64,000 nt of DNA from Eledone cirrhosa. Lineage: Eukaryota. The position numbers and the translations under genes are program-made. The notes beneath the pieces are model-generated. The model ran no database searches. It worked only from the letters and a program-made list of their open reading frames with translations, and had not been told where the DNA came from. The stretch lies in contig OZ024741.1 of the NCBI GenBank assembly GCA_964016885.1, positions 332,072,001 to 332,136,000 on the forward strand, given 5' to 3'. Positions 56,543 to 64,000 of this stretch are shown piece after piece. The first letter of the stretch is position 1. Every line of letters starts with the position of its first letter.

Positions 56543-56982
56543 ACACAGCTACTGCCACTACTTTAATTGGTAATCCCACCTCTATGTCAACTGCTACTAC
56601 CATCATCACTACCACTACTATTACCATCACAACTACCACTACCACCACTACCATTACCATTCCTACCACCACTATTATCACTAGCAACAACAAGAACTGA
56701 AGAAATAACAGCAAGTAGCAACAACAATAATTTGTGGTCGCTTGACTTACCAGATTTAGCCACCAAATTTCAATGAAGTCACACATTCATAAAACACTAG
56801 CACACACAAACGCACACTGGATACTATAGTCTTAGATGTGCCAGAGGAAATGGTAGATAATCATCACTTGAATGAATGCTTTGAACATAGGTTTGCTCTG
56901 TCAGGGCTCAACAAAACCAGCTGCAGTAACAACAATGACAATCAAGCCCAAGAGAGAGGTTTTAAACTAACCCTGCCAGAAA

Positions 56983-57490
56983 GTGGAGGCGTGTGGCCTA
57001 ATGGTAAGGGTGTTGAACTTATGAGCATAATCTTGTGGTTTTGATTCCTGGACTGGGTTGTGTGTTGTGTTCTTAGGTAAAACACTTCATCTCACATTGC
57101 TCCAATATACTCAGCTGAAAATGAGTACCAGCAATAGCTGGGGGTTTAACCATGCCATGGACTGGCATCCTGTCCAGGGATGAGTCATGTACTCTTAGTC
57201 GCTTTATGCCATGAAAACTGGAATAAGCACCGGCCTGATGAGCCTCTGGACTTGAGTCACACTTAAAAACTGCGATGGTCTGGCATCCTATCCAGAGGGG
57301 AAATCTTGTATACTCAGTTGCTTAACACCATAGAGACTGAAATGGGTACTGACCTGATGAGCTTCCAGATTTTAACTCAGTGATGGCATCCTGTTTCGGG
57401 GGGGTATCTTATACATTCAGGCGCTTCACACAACGGAAACTGAGATAAGCACTGGCCTGATGAGCTCCCAAGCTCAAGACAGATTTTAGA
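56983..57490 (+). mobile_element. CORE/V-like SINE with triplicated 3' tail
   Basis: tggcctaatggtaag A-box; tail module gatgg..ggcatcct..cctgatgagc repeated at ~57156, 57275 and 57382. Confidence 0.75.
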
Positions 57491-60279
57491 CTGCTAGAAA
57501 TAGCAACCAAATCTCCCTCATACTATAACCTATCTAAATGGAGGATGACATTAGCCAATGTTGTTGGTCATTGATATACCAAAAACAATGTAAGATTGCC
57601 ATTCTTGGTATAGCTTCAATTATAGCTCTGCTCAATTGGTGATAAACAAATAAACAAATAAACGACAACAATGACAATCATAACAACAACGATAATAAAA
57701 CTACAAATATATGAGTCATATTATCCCTTTTGTTACTATATTGCTAAAGAAATACAATGTCTATGATTTTCAAAATATTTTGAAAATAATCAAGAATTTG
57801 GAGGGATTTAGTAATAATATATTTAAATTTGTCATCATCAATCTGGTGTTTGGAACATAACATAACAAAGATTCTTACATAAAATTATGTTAGAAGGATT
57901 TTTTAGATAAAAACACTTTAGATAAAAACACTTTCAAATAAACAGTTTTGTATTGAAGAACTAGAGGTGTTGGGAACATAACATAACGAAGGTTCTTACA
58001 TAAAATCCTGATAGAATGTTTTTTTAGACAAATATAACATTCTACAACAAACAGTTTTGTGTCATAGGGTCAGAGGCGGTTTCAGAGAGTTTAGTATAAA
58101 AAATGTTGAAAAAATATTTAAAAAAAAAAAATCATTTATATGCACCTCCAAATAAATGACTATTACAACAATAACAACTACAACAGCAACAATAAAAACA
58201 ATGACAACTACAACAATAAAAAAAGGTCTCAAGAAAAAGTGAAACTACTTCCCACCCCAACACCACTCTGCCAAAATTGCCAATAAAACACACGCACTAT
58301 TCAATCTTCAATTCAGCTTTATTTTTAGTCATCCGTACGTCAAAGTTCTTTTGTCACACATCGAGGAGGTTACAGAATGTGTGACAAAAGAACTTTGACA
58401 AACTAATAATTAATAATAAAGCTGAAGTGAAAGTCAAATATTGGCGAAATAGACAAAAAAATTAATATTTAGACATAAAATAAAAGGAAACTTCAGTTTT
58501 ATAAGAGAAAAGTAGAATTTATATACTTCATCCATCATCAGAATGACAGCCACAACACTCCTTAATTTCTGTTCCAAGTTGTTCTGTATATCAACACATC
58601 CTTTGATGCTTTCAATAGTAATTAATTTTTTTTTTTTGAGAAATGTTTGTTAACCTCATGCTCAACCCTGCTTCATGAAATATTCAGACATAACATTTCC
58701 AAAAATTAAGTGCAATTTTTCGGGGAAACTATAAAAACATCTGGTCTGCCAAGGGCCTCTTCTTTTTCTCTCATCCTACCTGTACCTATATGAACTATAA
58801 ACCAACAAGGGAATCTCTACACAGTCACTCAGATTACTATAATCAATAGACAGATCTCTCTCAAATGACACCCCTAACTCAGTGGTTCCCTAACCAGGTA
58901 CCATGAGATGTAATTAAGTGTGCCATGAAAGATTCTATTTTCAAATGTGAACAATTCAAATTGAAATATATAATACAGTTCAGATATAACTAACTATCAA
59001 AATGGGAAACAACTAAACTAAGAATGAAAACAATACCAAAACCCACCAAGGACATGTTTCTCATTGACAACTTGGCTCCATTTATTGACAAAAGAAGTAC
59101 ATTTTTTTTCTTATCTTTTTGTATTTCAATTATTTATATTTTTACTTTACCCTATGTTGATATGTAAAATATCTCTCTTAAACGTTTTGATAACAACCCA
59201 CCTAAAGCCACCTCTGATTGTTTCTATGAAATAAAACCGCAAGGGTTCCTATTTAAAATACATCTTCCAACATTATTTTATATTTCAATCTTTTGTTAAG
59301 TTACAAATGCCATCTGAATAAAATAACTTCAGTTCTTTTCTTTTAATACTTCTATTATTACACAAAAGCTACAAATAAATAATAGATTAGAAATGCACAG
59401 AGAAGATTGTCTACTATAACGGCACCACACATCGATATTTCAGACTACATTTTGTTTTGAACCGTTTTCGTTTTCACATTTGAAAAGAGGGTATTAGCCC
59501 TGAAATATTATGTTGAAATATGCTGGGTAAAAAACCCCCAAAAAATGACTTTGTTTTGTTTTATTTATCATCGTTTTCTCTTTATATATTGTATTGGCTT
59601 TCTGAAACTTCTCAGTTATTTATTACTCATTTCATAATGCTTCATATTAACTAGACCACTTTAAATACAATGTATTTTTTTAGAAATATTATAAGAAAAG
59701 GGTTAATGACATAAACAGAGTATGTCTTTAAAGGTATGGTAACAAAAGGTTTAAATGAATTTTAAAATTTAATTACAAAGTGTGTCAAATTTTTTTAAAT
59801 TGTTATAAATTGTGTTGAAAATAAAAAAAAGTAGTTCATTAACAGGGCACATAAACCCACTGAATGGAAAAAGATGGGCATCAGCATATATGGGATACTC
59901 ATCTTTTTCCATTCTGTGGGATTATACGTTTTGTTAATAGACTACTTTATATATTTAAAAAGTTATGGTAAAGCCATCTATTTCAATTTTCAAACTTTGC
60001 TCACTGCTTTCTAAACACTTCCTTTAAAAAAGTGTTTGGGAATAACTGCTCTAGCATCTTAAAGAAAGGACATATCGGAGAATGTAATCATAGATATACT
60101 TATACCACTAAAAGAAATGATGATTGTGGTTGGCTACCTGGAATACATTTAATGACAAGTCTGCTGAGTCACAGAGGACAAAACAACAAGAACAACAGTC
60201 AAATAAAGTATTAAGGGAGAGTGGGCATGACGACAATTTAAATACAAATATTAGCAAATTTTTGGTGCAATTTTATATA

Positions 60280-60465
60280 ATTGTTTCTACTTTTGGCACA
60301 AGGCCAGCAATTACCCAGTGTATTACTGGTACTTTATTTTATCGACTCCGTAAGGATGAAAGGCAAGGTTAACCTCAGCGGGATTTGAACTCAGATCGTA
60401 AAGGGCCGTAACTCTATGCTGCAAAGCATGGCGCCCGACCCTCCACCGATACTGCCAATCCAACT
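60280..60465 (-). mobile_element. Deu/Nin-like SINE
   Basis: Closely matches 18870-19062. Confidence 0.85.
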
Positions 60466-60651
60466 TCCATAATACAATATGGTTAGCATTAGAAACCAAG
60501 CCAGAAACAGTTCTGTATGAGCAAAGCCAGGTCACCTGATCTGACTTATCTCACAATGAGACAACTTGTCTAATCCATGCTAGCATGGAAAATAGATGTT
60601 AAATGGTGATGATGATAATGATGATACATCAACACATAGAAATTATAATAA

Positions 60652-61767
60652 CTAGCTGACGTACCCAGCTTCGCCCGGGTAAACATGATAAGAGAAGACA
60701 GGTAAAAGAGAAAATGACTGTATTGGATGTTTGTCTGGTTACAGTATGAGGTGAGTCCGTGGTGTCTGTGTGATACAGAAAACAGTAAAAAAAAATCTTC
60801 CAGATATACCAGATTCTTCGTTGTACCGTTTGTGCATAGTATATGAACAATTCTAGGTGCTGCCACCTAGAATAGTGACCTCTAGGAGATGGTTCATCTT
60901 CTGCCTGACTGTAAAACATGTATCATTGCATAGATATGGTTGTTCCATGTTTCTCAAAAGGATGATGGAAGTTCCAATCTTTTATATTATATGTAGATAT
61001 AGATATAGATAATTAATATAAAAGATGATGCTCAGCCAGTTCGTCTTCAACCATTGCTGCTTGGCTCCAGTGTTTTGTTGGCGTTGTTCAGCTAGCTCCT
61101 CTTCATTCATGGCGGCACGTCTTCGCCTCTGAAGTTCGGCATTCCGATGGCGCTGTTCGGCCCGTTTTTTTTCATTCCTGGCTGCACGCCATCGCTGCTG
61201 TAGTTCACTGTTTGATAAAGTCGAATTGATTTTATTATCAGTATTCATTTCGAGCAATTGTCAAAAAATGACACAATAATAACTATAAAAGATGTCCGTC
61301 AATGTAAAAAAAGGTCCCTATTTACTCCCTTCACAACTCTGTGTATGTTAGACTGACAGACAGGCACATAGACAGATAAACTGCGTGGCGATTGTGGAAC
61401 GCCCCACGTACACACACATACATGCATGGAAACGCGCACACGCACGCAAACTTACACACGCACCCGTGCACTTACACACACACACTCACACATGTTGATA
61501 GTTTTTACTTTCTGTGGAACACTGCACGCACACACAGACACATAAACATATGCGCACGTACATACACATGCACACATGGTAATAGTTACAGCGTTCACTT
61601 TGCCTCTCTGTTTCTTATTTTCCCCTCTCATTCCCTCATTGGCATTATGCATATTAGTTTAAGTTTGGCGTCGTTGAAGTGGGCGGAGTCGTTTGAAACC
61701 TATGAACCAGTGATAATCGAGAATTATGACACACGGAATACTGACGTTGTTGAAATTAATATATAGA
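60652..61767 (-). mobile_element. Non-autonomous Helitron retaining an N-terminal coding remnant
   Basis: Minus strand A|TCTATATATTAAT start; 3' hairpin acccgg-gcgaag-ctgggt then CTAG|T; internal R/E/Q-rich ORF 60982-61257. Confidence 0.8.
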
Positions 61768-61775
61768 TATATTAC

Positions 61776-62281
61776 TTAACCCTTTTACTGCCATATTTTT
61801 AATGAAAACACTGCTTATTATTTTCAAATCATTTTGAAAATAAACAAGAATTGGGGAAAGATTTAATTAATAAAAATAATTTTCTCATTATTAAGCTCGT
61901 GTAGGGGTGATGGATTGGCAGTATCGGTAAGACGTCAGACAGCCTGCTTTGCAGCATAGAGTTATGTTCTTTTACATTCTGATTTCAAATCCCACCAAGG
62001 TTAGCTTTGCTTTTCATCCTTACGGTTTCGATGAAACCTCAGTGTGCTACTGGTACTTACCAGTAGCACACTGAGGTTTATTTAATTGACTTTCCCCATC
62101 CCTAAAATTATTGGCCTTGTGCCTAAATCAGAAACAATTTTTAAGCTGGTTTTTGGAGCAACGCTTAACAAAGGTTTTTATATAATATCATGATGGAAGG
62201 TTTTTATAAATATAAATATATAAAGTTTTGTATTGTAGAAAAACAGGTGATTTCAGGTGGTTGTGTATCAGAAGGGTTAAC
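61776..62281. mobile_element. piggyBac-like MITE with a nested Deu/Nin-like SINE (~61903-62140)
   Basis: ttaaccctttt ... gaagggttaa termini; the SINE interrupts the ttaagct motif. Confidence 0.6.
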
Positions 62282-62384
62282 CTATGTCAAAATCAAAATA
62301 TGGAATATGTCAAACAATTTATGCATATACACATACAGGTGCAATGCCCAAATCATGTATACATACTTGTATGTATATATATAT

Positions 62385-62507
<123 letters not shown>

Positions 62508-62805
62508 TTTGGACATGTTAATATTGTATATATGTACAGTTTGTTTCAATAAAAATTTATGTGGCAATGTAATACGGATTTTGATATTATTATATACACA
62601 TAAATGAGTGTGTACGCGTGCGCATGTGCGTGTGTGTATATATACATATATATACTTTTTCTATTAAATACATGGCAAACTGCCGTGTACCGTCTTAGGT
62701 ACTACAAGTTTCCCGAAGTAAGTTAATTTTATTTCATTTGTATATTTACCTATATGATTACATATTGAGGGTTCTTTCTTTAGTGATTACATCCATACAT
62801 TCAGG

Positions 62806-62859
<54 letters not shown>

Positions 62860-62863
<4 letters not shown>

Positions 62864-64000
62864 GAAAGACGTAAAATAAGAAAATTATAAAAATTAACTT
62901 ACTTACTAAAATTTCACTCCAACTAATTAGTTTCTGAAAGGGAATAAACATGGTTTCCGAATGGAGCAACATGGAGAATACCTTTCGTCACCAGGAAGTC
63001 AATTCTCAGCTAAGTTACCAGGCGATGCGTGGACACAGGGAACTTATACAAAAATAATTCAGTGGATGGAAAAAAGCAAGTGAGGACTAAATTCCAAGAC
63101 ATTGAAAAAATCACTGCCTACTTGGTCGGTGGCAAATTCAAAAGAATCAATCACGTGACATCGAGGTTAATCAGTGAGGAGTGGGGTGTTAAGAAGACAG
63201 TAGCCGAACTATTACTATGAACTATAGTAGCAGTTTTGGCAAATTTCTGCTCAACAAAATAATTTGGAGATAACTATAAAGAATTTGTATATCTACCAAC
63301 ATATATATACAGATGCATACCTATGCTAGCAAATATATAGGTTTTGTCTTAGTAACTTTGTGGTTCAATGCTAGGGGATGCAGAACAATTATATGAAAGA
63401 TGTAAAATAAGAAAATTATTCTCCAAGGTATTCTCCATGTTGCTCCATTCGGAAACCATGTTTATTCCCTTTCAGAAACTAATTAGTTGGAGTGAAATTT
63501 TAGTAAGTAAGTTAATTTTTATAATTTTCTTATTTTACGTCTTTCATATAATTGTTCGGCATCCCCTTGCATTGAACCACAAAGTTATTAAGACAAAACC
63601 TATATATTTGCTAGCATGGGTGTGCATCTGTATATGTATGTTGGTAGATATACAAATTCTTTATAATTATCTCCAAATTATTTTGTTGAGCAAAAATTTG
63701 CCAAAACTGCTACTATAGTTCATAGTAATAGTTCGGCTACTGTCTTCTTAACACCCCACTCCTCACTGATTAACCTCGATGTCACGTGATTGATTCTTTT
63801 GAATTTGCCACCGACCAAGTAGGCAGTGATTTTTTCAATGTCTGGGAATTTAGTCCTCACTTGCTTTTTTCCATCCACTAAATTATTTTTGTATAAGTTC
63901 CCTGTGTCCACGCATCGCCTGGTAACTTAGCTGAGAATTGACTTCCTGGTGACGAAAGGTATTCTCCATGTTGCTCCATTCGGAAACCATGTTTATTCCC
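62860..64000. mobile_element. 531-bp unit present as two inverted, differently permuted greater-than-unit-length copies
   Basis: atatgaaaga(c/t)gtaaaataagaaaattat at 62860 and 63391; inverted copy aaggtattctccatg at 63425 and 63956; both periods are 531 bp. Confidence 0.85.

Noticed and set aside
57213-57245. GAAA..CTGATGA motifs in the SINE tail modules as hammerheads
   Set aside because: I could not form stem III with an NUH site or a closing stem II.
63029-63911. Two near-identical 63-aa ORFs on opposite strands
   Set aside because: They result from the inverted 531-bp repeat, start at GTG and show no recognisable domain.

Overview
AT-rich, microsatellite-saturated animal genomic DNA; the repeat families resemble those of octopus/coleoid cephalopods (inference, not verified). 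Most of the window is transposon debris: RTE-clade LINEs (one about 2.9 kb, frameshifted, with RT and a PHD-like finger), Penelope-like element (PLE) remnants with RT or GIY-YIG, two restriction-like-endonuclease (RLE) LINE fragments, three non-autonomous Helitrons, two tRNA-derived SINE families, and mariner- and piggyBac-like MITEs. Almost all ORF-track entries are microsatellite artefacts. Five short candidate exons (10141-44243, + strand) splice in phase into a 143-aa unidentified protein with a C-terminal hydrophobic segment. The strongest signal outside the ORF track is a population of small non-coding elements, mostly beside (TA)n, that carry minimal type-I hammerhead ribozyme (HHR) folds and/or fold-back palindromes. 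These include a 390-bp near-perfect palindrome with two HHR copies, a 7-copy ~200-bp family whose hairpin arms share copy-specific variants, and a 531-bp circularly permuted unit in inverted tandem (retrozyme/PLE-like). A 42-bp minisatellite also shows almost purely synonymous variation in one proline-rich frame. All structures were read by eye; no database search or folding was run.
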